The notes beneath the pieces are model-generated. The model was given only the letters and a program-made list of their open reading frames with translations. It was not told where the DNA came from and did not search any database. From Candidatus Poseidoniia archaeon (GTDB lineage Archaea > Thermoplasmatota > Poseidoniia > MGIII > CG-Epi1), in NCBI GenBank assembly GCA_029936395.1, contig JAPYSW010000003.1, positions 1 to 63,674 of the forward strand: a DNA stretch of 63,674 bases, in the 5' to 3' direction. Below, piece after piece: positions 18,185-27,359 of the stretch. A program made the translations under genes and the position numbers. Each line of letters opens with the position of its first letter. Position 1 is the stretch's first letter.

Positions 18185-18651
18185 TGGCACGAAGAACTAA
18201 AGGACTGGCAACGCCTAAGGCTGCACGAAGGAGAGAGAGAAAGAGGAAGGCAGGTATTCAAGTACGCCGTAAGAAGGAATTTACTTACCGCGGATTGGCT
18301 ATTGATAAGCTTAAAGAGCTCACTTTCGAAGATTTTATGACTATGGTTCCTTCGAGACAAAGACGAACTTTCAGACGTGGTTTAAGTCTACAACAAGCCA
18401 AATTAATTACTGATTCTAATAATAAACCGGATAAAGTTATCCGAACTCACCGTCGTGAAATGATAATTGTTCCTCAATTCGTTGGAAGGACTTTTGCCGT
18501 ACACAACGGAAGAGAATTCGTAAGCATAGAAATTATGCCCGAAATGATTGGATTGTACTTTGGAGAATTAGCTCCTACAAGAACATCCCCTACCCACACA
18601 GGACCTGGAGTCGGTGCTACCAAGTCGTCTAAATTTATGCCGTTGAAGTGA
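18184..18651 (+). CDS. rps19: 30S ribosomal protein uS19
   Basis: Contains GRTFAVHNGREFVSIEIMPEMIGLYFGELAPTR and a basic N-terminal extension. Confidence 0.95.
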   Translation: MARRTKGLATPKAARRRERKRKAGIQVRRKKEFTYRGLAIDKLKELTFEDFMTMVPSRQRRTFRRGLSLQQAKLITDSNNKPDKVIRTHRREMIIVPQFVGRTFAVHNGREFVSIEIMPEMIGLYFGELAPTRTSPTHTGPGVGATKSSKFMPLK

Positions 18652-18655
18652 TGTT

Positions 18656-19108
18656 ATGAAAGGTTTCTCGTTCCCATATAATCCTGAAATTCATGCTGCG
18701 GCTCGCGGTGTTGGAGTTAACATCTCACCTAAAGCTGCTAGAGAAGTCTGTCATGCCTTGAAAGGTATGGAGCTTGAAAAAGCTAAAAGTTACTTAGAAA
18801 GAGTAATGGATTTAGATCAAGCAGTTCCATTCAAACGTCATGATGGTAAAGTAGGTCACAGAAAAGGTAAAGGAATATCCTCAGGAAGATATCCTGTAAA
18901 AACTGCTGCAGCTATTCTCAAAATAATTGAATCTGCAGGAAATAATGGAGAAGCAATCCATATTGATATTGAAAATTGGAGAATTGTTCATATTGCAACA
19001 TCTCGGGGAGTTTCTTTTGAAGGTAGATTCCCAAGAGCTAGAGGCAGAGCTACTCCAAAAATGCGTGAAAGCGCAAATATTGAAGTTGTATTGGAGGAAA
19101 TTAAATGA
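18656..19108 (+). CDS. rpl22: 50S ribosomal protein uL22
   Basis: 150 aa (..ISPKAAREVCHALKGMELEKAKSYL..) in the expected operon position. Confidence 0.9.
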   Translation: MKGFSFPYNPEIHAAARGVGVNISPKAAREVCHALKGMELEKAKSYLERVMDLDQAVPFKRHDGKVGHRKGKGISSGRYPVKTAAAILKIIESAGNNGEAIHIDIENWRIVHIATSRGVSFEGRFPRARGRATPKMRESANIEVVLEEIK

Positions 19109-19848
19109 CTATAGTCAGAGAACTGCTCAAAGAACGAGTACGTAGAGTACAAGTTCATGATCATGTACAAAAAAGAACAACTAGAGCCGGTTTTGGTGGT
19201 ATTTCAATACAAAGAACGCCACTAGGTACGCATGTTAGAATTGCTGCTGAAAGACCTGGTTTGGTAATCGGAAGAAAAGGTAGCGATATACAGAGATTAA
19301 CTGAAGAATTGGAAAGAAAATTCGGATATGAAAATCTACAAGTTGAAGCTGGAGAAGTAACCCGCTTCGCCTTAAATCCTCTAATTATGGCTGCAAAAGT
19401 AGCAAATGCTTTGGAACGAGGGTGGAATTACAGACGAGCTGGTAATTCTATGTTGCAAAGAGTAATGGATGCTGGCGCTAGAGGGTGCCAAATTACAATT
19501 GCTGGTAAATTAACAGGTCTCAGACATAGAACTGAAAAATTCTTATCAGGACATATAAAATTCTGTGGAGAACCTGCACTCGAGTTAATGGACATTGGTA
19601 TTGCTCAAGCTAAACTCAAACCTGGAACCATCGGTGTAAAAGTTGCAATAATGAAACCAGATGCAGTCTTGCCTGCGGAAATTACTGTCGTTAAACCAGT
19701 AGAAGCAGTTGTGGAAACTCCGGAAGATAAAGAAGAAGATACTGAAGATAAAGAAGTTGTTGAAACTCCAAAAGCTAAAGAAGAAAAATCTGAAACTAAG
19801 GATGCGAAGAAAGAAGTATCTGAGAAAAAGGAGAAACCTAAGAAATGA
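19105..19848 (+). CDS. rps3: 30S ribosomal protein uS3
   Basis: KH domain GLVIGRKGSDIQRLTEEL, plus a Lys/Glu-rich C-terminal tail. Confidence 0.95.
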   Translation: MTIVRELLKERVRRVQVHDHVQKRTTRAGFGGISIQRTPLGTHVRIAAERPGLVIGRKGSDIQRLTEELERKFGYENLQVEAGEVTRFALNPLIMAAKVANALERGWNYRRAGNSMLQRVMDAGARGCQITIAGKLTGLRHRTEKFLSGHIKFCGEPALELMDIGIAQAKLKPGTIGVKVAIMKPDAVLPAEITVVKPVEAVVETPEDKEEDTEDKEVVETPKAKEEKSETKDAKKEVSEKKEKPKK

Positions 19849-20057
19849 GTCTTAAGAAACCTAATGAACTCAGAGAAATGCAACCTGAAGAACGCGATGT
19901 AAGATTGAGAGAACTTCGCTCAGAATTAATGAATGAAAGAGGTATTGCCTCTATGGGTGGACAACCTACTTCACCTGGTAGAATGAGAGCATTGAAGAAA
20001 CAAATTGCAAGATTAACAACCATTATGAGAGAAATTGAATTGGAGAGTGGAAAATAA
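19845..20057 (+). CDS. rpl29: 50S ribosomal protein uL29
   Basis: 70 aa (ELREMQPEERDVRLRELRSELMNER) in the expected operon position. Confidence 0.9.
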   Translation: MSLKKPNELREMQPEERDVRLRELRSELMNERGIASMGGQPTSPGRMRALKKQIARLTTIMREIELESGK

Positions 20058-20353
20058 TGGTAGATATTGATCCCTTGACTGGCCTTCCGAAAGAACTTCT
20101 TGCTATGGAAGAGATTGTTAGAGAACAACAATCAATTAAAGTCCATATAGAAAAACGCAGATACGGAAAATTAGTTACACTAATTAATGGAATGGGGAAG
20201 GGTGTGGACATTAGTGATCTTGCCAAACAATTGAAAACAAAATGTGCAACTGGCGGAACTTCAAAAGGTGGAGTAATTGAACTTCAAGGCAACCATACAA
20301 AAAAAGTCAAAGAAGTTTTATCAGATATGGGTTTTCCAGTGGAGGTTCAATAA
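20057..20353 (+). CDS. Translation initiation factor aIF1 (SUI1 family)
   Basis: 98 aa containing IKVHIEKRRYGKLVTLINGM...LKTKCATGGTSKGGVIELQGNH, which is the SUI1 fold signature. Confidence 0.9.
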   Translation: MVDIDPLTGLPKELLAMEEIVREQQSIKVHIEKRRYGKLVTLINGMGKGVDISDLAKQLKTKCATGGTSKGGVIELQGNHTKKVKEVLSDMGFPVEVQ

Positions 20354-20595
20354 TGGATGGACGAATAGAATTCATTGGTGAAAATGTAACTGTTTCAGAG
20401 CATAGTGACCCTAGTTTACGTGGAGTCTCTGGTAAAATTATCGGAGAAAGTCGTGAAACTATTACTATTGAAAGTAATGGAGTACAAAAAATGATTAGTA
20501 AACGCCCTGCTAAATTTATGTTTGAAAGTGGAGAACTTATAGGTAATAAGATTGCATACAGGCCACAAGACCGAATTAAGAAGGTGAAAGCATGA
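20353..20595 (+). CDS. rnp1: RNase P protein component 1 (Rpp29/Pop4 family)
   Basis: 80 aa (GENVTVSEHSDPSLRGVSGKIIGESRETITIE). It sits in the canonical position between L29/SUI1 and S17. Confidence 0.8.
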   Translation: MDGRIEFIGENVTVSEHSDPSLRGVSGKIIGESRETITIESNGVQKMISKRPAKFMFESGELIGNKIAYRPQDRIKKVKA

Positions 20596-20933
20596 GTGAC
20601 AATAAACCAAGAGACATAGGTATTGACGTTGAAGCGCCGGCAAACCCATGGGATGGGGATCCGAATGATCCGTTCTTTGGAAGTTTATCGGTTCGTGGAC
20701 AAATACTCCGTGGAAAAGTTGTAAAGGCAAAAGCACAAAGAACGGTTGTTGTGCAAATAAATAAAATGAAATATGATTCTAAATACGAGCGATATGCACG
20801 TAGTTCTTCAAAAATAAGTGCTCATAGCCCGGCCAGTGTCGGGGCGTCTGAAGGTGACCGTGTAACACTTATGGAATGTAGGCCATTATCAAAGACAAAA
20901 TCATTTGTAGTTATTGAAAGGAGAGATGAATGA
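20592..20933 (+). CDS. rps17: 30S ribosomal protein uS17
   Basis: RGKVVKAKAQRTVVV...GDRVTLMECRPLSKTKSFVVIE. Confidence 0.95.
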   Translation: MSDNKPRDIGIDVEAPANPWDGDPNDPFFGSLSVRGQILRGKVVKAKAQRTVVVQINKMKYDSKYERYARSSSKISAHSPASVGASEGDRVTLMECRPLSKTKSFVVIERRDE

Positions 20934-21328
20934 GAGCTGTTGCAGGACGTCAAATGAGAGGCTTACCACAAGGTGCTAGACTTAATTGCGTAGACAATAG
21001 TGGTGCAAAGCTAATTGAAATTGTTACTGTTTTAAATTATAAAGGTGTTCATCGTAGATCGCCTGCTGCAGGAGTTGGAGATATGATTGTAGCTTCTGTA
21101 AAAAAGGGAAATCCTGAAATGCGCAGACAATTGGTCCGTGCAGTTGTTGTGAGATCCCGTAGAGCATTCCGCAGGGCAGATGGAACTATGGTCCAGTTCG
21201 AAGATAATGCAGCTGTATTAACTAATGAACTAGGAGAAACAAAAGGATCGTCGATTAAAGGTCCAGTATGTAGAGAGGCTGCTGAAAGATGGCCCCGTAT
21301 TGCTGCTGCAGCAACCACAATAGTATGA
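20930..21328 (+). CDS. rpl14: 50S ribosomal protein uL14
   Basis: LNCVDNSGAK...GDMIVASVKKG. Confidence 0.95.
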   Translation: MRAVAGRQMRGLPQGARLNCVDNSGAKLIEIVTVLNYKGVHRRSPAAGVGDMIVASVKKGNPEMRRQLVRAVVVRSRRAFRRADGTMVQFEDNAAVLTNELGETKGSSIKGPVCREAAERWPRIAAAATTIV

Positions 21329-21335
21329 GTATAAT

Positions 21336-21983
21336 ATGAGTTCAATTCAACCACGAAAACAGAGACTTGCCAGGTATACGGCACCTTATCACCGTAGACA
21401 TCGTGAAATGTCTGCACCGGTAGACAAAGGTCTCCGTGAAAAACAATTAGCTCGTGGATTTATGTATCCAAGATCTATGCCTGTACGAAAAGGTGACCGC
21501 GTTCTAGTTGTCAGAGGTGAAGGGAAATCTAAATCTGTAACTAAAGTTGCTAAAGTAGATAGAAAAGCTCGTAAAGTATATGTTGAAGGTTTTACTTATT
21601 TTAAATCCGATGGAACTGAACTTCAACGACCTATTGATCCTTCTAATTTAGTAATAATAAACCCAGACTGGTCTGACATTTATAGAAGGAAATTATTAAC
21701 TCGTGTTAACGAATCGGTAGAATGGACTGAGTCTATTATTTCTGATTTTGAAGCTGCAGAAGATGAATATGAAGAAGAAACGGTAGGCCCTATTGTAGAA
21801 GAGACTGATGAAGAATCGAACGAAGAGTCTGATGAAATTGCCGAAGAAGACAATACCTCTAAAGAAGTAAATTATGATGATATGAAAGTTCCTGATTTGA
21901 AAGCTGCCCTTAAGGAAAAAGGCTTACCTGTTAGTGGTAAAAAATCTGAACTTATTGATAGATTAAAAGGAGAATCAAAATGA
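21336..21983 (+). CDS. rpl24: 50S ribosomal protein uL24 with acidic linker and C-terminal SAP-like domain
   Basis: The N-terminal ~120 aa are the uL24 KOW region (MPVRKGDRVLVVRGEGKSKS). An acidic linker EDEYEEETVGPIVEETDEESNEESDEIAEEDN follows. The C-terminus MKVPDLKAALKEKGLPVSGKKSELIDRLKG matches the SAP consensus. Confidence 0.9.
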   Translation: MSSIQPRKQRLARYTAPYHRRHREMSAPVDKGLREKQLARGFMYPRSMPVRKGDRVLVVRGEGKSKSVTKVAKVDRKARKVYVEGFTYFKSDGTELQRPIDPSNLVIINPDWSDIYRRKLLTRVNESVEWTESIISDFEAAEDEYEEETVGPIVEETDEESNEESDEIAEEDNTSKEVNYDDMKVPDLKAALKEKGLPVSGKKSELIDRLKGESK

Positions 21984-22684
21984 GTAGTGACCACCTAAAG
22001 AGGCTTGTCGCACCCCGATCATGGAATATTGCTAGAAAGCAAAATGTTTGGACTACTAGACCGATGCCTGGTAAACACTCACTTGAAGGTGCAATCCCTA
22101 TTTCAACAATTTTAAGAGATTACTTACATGTTTGTGACAATCATCGTGAAGCTAAATTTATTCTAAATAGTGGAGCTATTTTAATTGACCAAAGAGTCGT
22201 TCGTAAGCCAAAATATCCTGTTGGATTAATGGATGTTATTTCGCTACCTAGTATGAAAAAACATTACCGAACAATGATAGATGATCACGGTAGACTACAA
22301 TTTGTAGAGATTAAGGCTGCTGAAGCTCAGTGGAAATTATTACGTGTCGAAAACAAAACTATTGTTAAAGACGGTAAAGTTCAACTTAATTTACATGATG
22401 GGACAAATACAATTACAGATAAGAAAATCAAAACTGGAGATGTTCTTCAACTTTCATTACCCGATATGAAAGTAAAAAAGGTAATCGAATTTAAAGAAGG
22501 TGCTCAAGCATTTATTACGGGAGGAACTCATGTTGGTTCTTTTTCTGAGATTAAAGGAATCGAAATAACTCGCAGTACAAAACCAAACTTGGTTATGTAT
22601 GATGATTTTCAAACTATTAAGCCATATTCTTTTGTTGTCGGTGATAAAAAAGCTCTAGTTACTCTCCCGGAGGTTAAACTATGA
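21980..22684 (+). CDS. rps4e: 30S ribosomal protein eS4
   Basis: LKRLVAPRSWNIARKQNVWTTRPMPGKHS. Confidence 0.95.
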   Translation: MSSDHLKRLVAPRSWNIARKQNVWTTRPMPGKHSLEGAIPISTILRDYLHVCDNHREAKFILNSGAILIDQRVVRKPKYPVGLMDVISLPSMKKHYRTMIDDHGRLQFVEIKAAEAQWKLLRVENKTIVKDGKVQLNLHDGTNTITDKKIKTGDVLQLSLPDMKVKKVIEFKEGAQAFITGGTHVGSFSEIKGIEITRSTKPNLVMYDDFQTIKPYSFVVGDKKALVTLPEVKL

Positions 22685-23193
22685 ATCCAATGAGAGAATT
22701 AAAAATAGCTAAAGTTGTTCTAAATATTGGAGTTGGAGAAGCTGGTCAAAGACTTGCAAAAGCTGAAAATGTTCTTAAGAAATTAAGTGGATGTACACCT
22801 ACACGTACTCTTTCAAAGTCTACAAACCGAGACCTTGGAATTCGATTAGGGATGCCTATTGGATGTAAAGTCACTTTGAGAGGAGAACATGCCTTGAAAT
22901 TTATTAAAAAATCACTATGGGTTCGTGAAAATCGATTACCCATTTATTGTTTTTCTAAAACTGGTGGTTTAAGTTTTGGAATACCTGATTATACTGGATA
23001 CAAAGATGAAAGCTATGATCCTGATATTGGGATTTTTGGACTTGATATTGCAATTGCTTTTGAAAGACCTGGTTTTAGAGTATCTCGAAGGAAAATTAGG
23101 AGTAATAGAGTTGGCAAGAGTCACAGAATTAATGCAGACGAATGTCAAGAATACATGCAAAAGAAATTCGCATTGGAGGTTTTTAAAGTATGA
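22681..23193 (+). CDS. rpl5: 50S ribosomal protein uL5
   Basis: [14 protein letters not shown]...[13 protein letters not shown]. Confidence 0.95.
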   Translation: MNPMRELKIAKVVLNIGVGEAGQRLAKAENVLKKLSGCTPTRTLSKSTNRDLGIRLGMPIGCKVTLRGEHALKFIKKSLWVRENRLPIYCFSKTGGLSFGIPDYTGYKDESYDPDIGIFGLDIAIAFERPGFRVSRRKIRSNRVGKSHRINADECQEYMQKKFALEVFKV

Positions 23194-23360
23194 ATATAGA
23201 TAAAGTTAAAATCAAAGAACGCGAAGTTTACCGTGGCCGAATAGTTGGTTGCGTTTTGTGTGATAGAAAGCGCGGACTAGTACGCCGTTATGGACTGAAC
23301 TTGTGCAGACAATGTTTCAGGGACAAAGCTCCAGAGCTAGGGTTCAAAAAATACGATTGA
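23190..23360 (+). CDS. rps14: 30S ribosomal protein uS14 (zinc-ribbon type)
   Basis: Missing from the ORF track because it is under 60 aa. Own translation: [56 protein letters not shown], with CxxC...CxxC. It shows an ATGA overlap with rpl5. Confidence 0.9.
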   Translation: MNIDKVKIKEREVYRGRIVGCVLCDRKRGLVRRYGLNLCRQCFRDKAPELGFKKYD

Positions 23361-23371
23361 GGTAAAAAAAT

Positions 23372-23758
23372 ATGAAACACGATGCACTATCAGATGCCCT
23401 TGTTCTTATCAAAAACGCAGACCATGTTGGAAAGGAGTCTGCTGTAGTTCCAGCTTCACGCCTTATTGGGGAGGTACTGAAATTATTAACAGAAAAAGGA
23501 TACTTAAATAATTACGAATTCCGAGACAATGGAAGAGGGGGAGAATTCGATATTTCGCTTAACGGAAGAATTAATGGCTGTGGAGCTATCAAACCTCGTT
23601 TCTCTATTAAATTAAGAGACATGGATAGGCACGAAGCTCGTTACTTGCCTGCAAAAGATTTCGGACTTTTAATTCTAACAACGCCACATGGTGTAATGAA
23701 TAATGACCAAGCCAAAGAGGCTTCAACTGGAGGAAAGCTGCTAGCTTACGTTTATTAA
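23372..23758 (+). CDS. rps8: 30S ribosomal protein uS8
   Basis: DALSDALVLIKNA...LLILTTPHGVMNNDQAKEASTGGKLLAYVY. Confidence 0.95.
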   Translation: MKHDALSDALVLIKNADHVGKESAVVPASRLIGEVLKLLTEKGYLNNYEFRDNGRGGEFDISLNGRINGCGAIKPRFSIKLRDMDRHEARYLPAKDFGLLILTTPHGVMNNDQAKEASTGGKLLAYVY

Positions 23759-24300
23759 TGTTTCTCAAACAAATAGTCCATGTTTTAGAAGTCCCTGAAG
23801 GTGTTTCTGTAGATAGTAGTACTTCTGATGTGAAAATCACAGGTCCGCGTGGAGATTTATCCCGACATTTCAAACACGCATCTATGAAATTTGAACAAGA
23901 AGATAATAAACTGAAAATTATTGGAAGTAAAATAAGAAAGAAAGAGAAAGCTTTGATAGGCACATGGAAAGCTCATCTTGCTAATATGATTAAAGGAGTG
24001 AATCAAGGATTCAAATATGAAATGAAAATAGTATTTGCTCACTTTCCTATGAAAGTTGTTGTAAAGGGAAATATTGTGGCTATAGATAATTTCTTAGGTG
24101 AAAAAGACACTCGGAAGTCCGCTATTGTTGGAGCCACTAAAGTTAAAATCAAAGGCGATATTATTACTATTGAAGGCAATAATATTGAAGAGGTGGGCCA
24201 AACTGCCGGTAATTTAGAAAAGAACACTATTGTAAAAGGTAGAGATACCCGTGTATTCCAAGATGGAATTTATACTATTTCCAAAGGAGTCGCTCAATGA
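23758..24300 (+). CDS. rpl6: 50S ribosomal protein uL6
   Basis: 180 aa (VKITGPRGDLSRHF...) in the expected operon position. Confidence 0.9.
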   Translation: MFLKQIVHVLEVPEGVSVDSSTSDVKITGPRGDLSRHFKHASMKFEQEDNKLKIIGSKIRKKEKALIGTWKAHLANMIKGVNQGFKYEMKIVFAHFPMKVVVKGNIVAIDNFLGEKDTRKSAIVGATKVKIKGDIITIEGNNIEEVGQTAGNLEKNTIVKGRDTRVFQDGIYTISKGVAQ

Positions 24301-24722
24301 GTGATGAAGAATATAAACCAAGGCAAAAGCCGGTCTTAGATTCAGAAACAAAAGTTGCATTGTCAAAGCGTAACAGAATGTCTAACAAACGTCCAGCCTT
24401 TAAGCGTCAAAATTGGTTTAGATACAAACGTCTTGGAGATAAATGGAGACGCCCAAGAGGTATACACTCCAAAATGAGACGCCATTTCAAGTACCGAATT
24501 ACTGTTGTTCAACCTGGTTTCAGAGGGCCTGCAAGTGTAAGAGGGTTACATCCTTCTGGATTTGAAGAAGTTATGATTCATAACGCAAAAGAAGTTGATA
24601 ATGTTGATCCTAAAACTCAAGCAATCCGTATTTCCAGTAAAGTAGGAGATAAAAAGAGAGAAATTATTGTCAAAAAAGCTGATGAATTAAAAATACGTAT
24701 TTTCAATAGGAGAGATCTATGA
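24297..24722 (+). CDS. rpl32e: 50S ribosomal protein eL32
   Basis: RPAFKRQNWFRYKRLGDKWRRPRGIHSKMR. Confidence 0.9.
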   Translation: MSDEEYKPRQKPVLDSETKVALSKRNRMSNKRPAFKRQNWFRYKRLGDKWRRPRGIHSKMRRHFKYRITVVQPGFRGPASVRGLHPSGFEEVMIHNAKEVDNVDPKTQAIRISSKVGDKKREIIVKKADELKIRIFNRRDL

Positions 24723-25183
24723 ATTTATCCTATCAAAAACGCGTCGCTGCAGCTTTGTTAAAATGTGGAGTTCACAGAGTATGGGTTGATGACCGTCCTG
24801 AGGTTCAAGAACGAATTACTGAAGCAGTTACTCGTGATGATATTCGTCTTTTAATTGTTCAAAAATTCATTCGTAAGCACCAGAAAAAAGGTATTTCGAG
24901 AGGTCGAGCAAAAGTTATGGCCATTCAAAGAGCTAAAGGAAGACGCAGAGGTCATGGTTCAAGAAAAGGAGCCGGCGGAGCTCGGACACCAAAGAAAGAA
25001 GCTTGGATGAATCGAGTGCGTGCATTAAGAAAAGAATTAGTAATGTTGAGAGCTGGTGGAACTATTGATCCTACTCAATATAGACTTTATTATCGTCGTG
25101 TAAAGGGTGGCGTTTACAATTCAAGAAACCATTTAAGATATAATATGGAAATTGATGGAGTTGAATTGGGAGGTTCGAAATAA
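24719..25183 (+). CDS. rpl19e: 50S ribosomal protein eL19
   Basis: QKRVAAALLKCGVHRVWVD...GRRRGHGSRKG. Confidence 0.9.
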   Translation: MNLSYQKRVAAALLKCGVHRVWVDDRPEVQERITEAVTRDDIRLLIVQKFIRKHQKKGISRGRAKVMAIQRAKGRRRGHGSRKGAGGARTPKKEAWMNRVRALRKELVMLRAGGTIDPTQYRLYYRRVKGGVYNSRNHLRYNMEIDGVELGGSK

Positions 25184-25674
25184 TGCCTAGAGGAATGCAC
25201 TTTTCAAGAAGAAATAAAGGAATTACTAATTATCGAAAAAGATTAGCTTTGCTGAAGTCGGGCATCCCTCGAGCGGTTGTCCGTTTTAGTAATGCTAAGG
25301 TTACTGTTCAGATTATTGAATTCTCAATTAAAGGTGATAATGTTTTAGCGTCTGCAAGCTCAGTTGATGTTGCAGGAATGGGATGGAAGGGATCTAAAAC
25401 AAATGTACCTGCTGCTTACTTATCGGGAATGCTAGCGGCCAAAAAAGCATTGAAAGCAGGCATTGATTCTGCCGTTCTTGATATTGGTCGAATTACTCCA
25501 ACAGCTGGAGGAAGGGCATTTGCAACTCTGAAAGGATTGGTTGATGGGGGGTTGAATATACCTCACTCTGATAATTTATTCCCCAGTGATGACCGAATTA
25601 ATGGAAGTCATATTTCTGATAAAATAGCTGCGGAATTTGAAAAAGTATCCAAGAAAATTGGAGGCAGTAAATAA
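25183..25674 (+). CDS. rpl18: 50S ribosomal protein uL18
   Basis: RRNKGITNYRKRLALLKSGIPRAVVRFSNAKVTVQI. Confidence 0.9.
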   Translation: MPRGMHFSRRNKGITNYRKRLALLKSGIPRAVVRFSNAKVTVQIIEFSIKGDNVLASASSVDVAGMGWKGSKTNVPAAYLSGMLAAKKALKAGIDSAVLDIGRITPTAGGRAFATLKGLVDGGLNIPHSDNLFPSDDRINGSHISDKIAAEFEKVSKKIGGSK

Positions 25675-26483
25675 TGGCTGAAGAAACATCTAAACCACAA
25701 TCAAATTATAAAGGTAGTAGACCTTATCAAGGTGGTAAACCACCTCAAAAAGGCGGCAAACCGCAACACGGTGGAAGGCCACAACGAGGGCCTCCTCTCT
25801 CTCCAGCTCAACAACGCCGGCGTGCTGCTGAAGAAAGAATTACTAAATGGGTTGCTAAAACTGAATTAGGAAGAATGGTTGTTTCGGGTGAAATTACTAC
25901 TATTCAAGATGCTTTGGCTACCGGATTGCCTTTACGTGAACCTCCAATTATTGATTTATTAGTTCCTGATTTATTAGAAGAAGTTATCGATATTCATATG
26001 GTTCAAAGAATGTCTGATTCTGGAAGAAGGGTTCGATTTGCAGTTACCACTATCGTTGGAAACGGAAATGGTATTGTTGGGTTAGGGCGTGTTTCAGGTA
26101 AATTAGTAAGACCTACTATTACAAAAGCTTTCGATCGTGCAAAAATGAATATTATTGAAATTAGAAGAGGAAGCGGTTCATGGGAATGTTCAACGGCCGT
26201 TCCAAATTCATTGCCATTTGAGGTATCTGGAAGAACTGGTTCAACTCGTATAACAATTAAGCCTGCACCACCTGGTGTCGGTCTTGTTACAAATCAAGTT
26301 GGAAAAATTATGTTGAAATTAGCTGGCATAGAAGATGCTTGGTCATTTACCAAAGGTCAAACCCAAACTATCTATAATTTTGCAAATGCGATGTTTAATG
26401 CACTTCAAAAAACAACCACTACGAAATTATTACCAGGTCAGGGCGACTTTCATAACATGATAAAAGGAGTAAAACAAGAATGA
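25674..26483 (+). CDS. rps5: 30S ribosomal protein uS5 with Gly/Pro/Lys/Gln-rich N-terminal extension
   Basis: The core contains RFAVTTIVGNGNGIVGLGRV. The N-terminal ~50 aa read KGSRPYQGGKPPQKGGKPQHGGRPQRGPP. Confidence 0.95.
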   Translation: MAEETSKPQSNYKGSRPYQGGKPPQKGGKPQHGGRPQRGPPLSPAQQRRRAAEERITKWVAKTELGRMVVSGEITTIQDALATGLPLREPPIIDLLVPDLLEEVIDIHMVQRMSDSGRRVRFAVTTIVGNGNGIVGLGRVSGKLVRPTITKAFDRAKMNIIEIRRGSGSWECSTAVPNSLPFEVSGRTGSTRITIKPAPPGVGLVTNQVGKIMLKLAGIEDAWSFTKGQTQTIYNFANAMFNALQKTTTTKLLPGQGDFHNMIKGVKQE

Positions 26484-26953
26484 GCTGGGTGATTGTTAGA
26501 GTTAGAGGTTCTGTAAATGTTATGCCTAAGATTAAGGAAACTATGCGAATCATGCGTTTAAATCGCGTAAATCATTGTATTATTGTTCCTGAAAACGATG
26601 TTTACAAAGGTATGTTGAATATTATCAAAGATTATGTAACTTGGGGAGAAGTCGATATAGATACTACTCAATTAATGCTTGAAAGTTCAGGTAAGACTAG
26701 TGGAAATAATAGCTATACTAAAGCTGAATTAAAAGAATCTTCTTTCAAGACAATTAAGGCTTTGGCAAAATCCCTTACAGAAGGAAAAACTGTGATGAGA
26801 GATGTTCCTGCATTAAAACCACTTTTTAGATTACATCCACCTCGTAAAGGATACGAAGGAATAAAACGCAGTTTTAAGGAAGGTGGAGCTCTCGGTTATC
26901 GTGGAGATAAAATTAATATATTGATTAGGAGAATGCAATATGCCAAGGCGTAA
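26480..26953 (+). CDS. rpl30: 50S ribosomal protein uL30
   Basis: VIVRVRGSVNVMPKIKETMRIMRLNRVNHCIIV. Confidence 0.9.
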   Translation: MSWVIVRVRGSVNVMPKIKETMRIMRLNRVNHCIIVPENDVYKGMLNIIKDYVTWGEVDIDTTQLMLESSGKTSGNNSYTKAELKESSFKTIKALAKSLTEGKTVMRDVPALKPLFRLHPPRKGYEGIKRSFKEGGALGYRGDKINILIRRMQYAKA

Positions 26954-27359
26954 GGCACTAAAGCCCAGTCGCACACGTGGAAGAGGACACAAGAAAGGCC
27001 GAGGGGCTGGACTTAGAGGTGGTCGTGGAAATGCAGGATGTCACAAAACTAAGCGTATAATGTATGAGCGTGTTGGACGTGTTTGGGGCGCTCATGGTTT
27101 CAAAAGGCCACAATCTGTAGTTCATGCAAATAATTCAATTAATTTAAAAACTATAGAAGAAATGCGTGATGCTTGGATTGCTGACGGCATTGCGACAAAA
27201 AAAGGGAAAGTTGTTTCGCTTAATTTACAAAGTATGGGGTATGATAAATTACTCGGTACTGGTTCTACCAAACAATCATATAAACTTACGATTAATGCAG
27301 CTTCTGCAAAGGCCGTAGAAAAAATTGAGGCCGCTGGTGGAGAGATTCTGAATGGCTGA
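26940..27359 (+). CDS. rpl15: 50S ribosomal protein uL15
   Basis: TRGRGHKKGRGAGLRGGRGNAG. Confidence 0.9.
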   Translation: MPRRKALKPSRTRGRGHKKGRGAGLRGGRGNAGCHKTKRIMYERVGRVWGAHGFKRPQSVVHANNSINLKTIEEMRDAWIADGIATKKGKVVSLNLQSMGYDKLLGTGSTKQSYKLTINAASAKAVEKIEAAGGEILNG

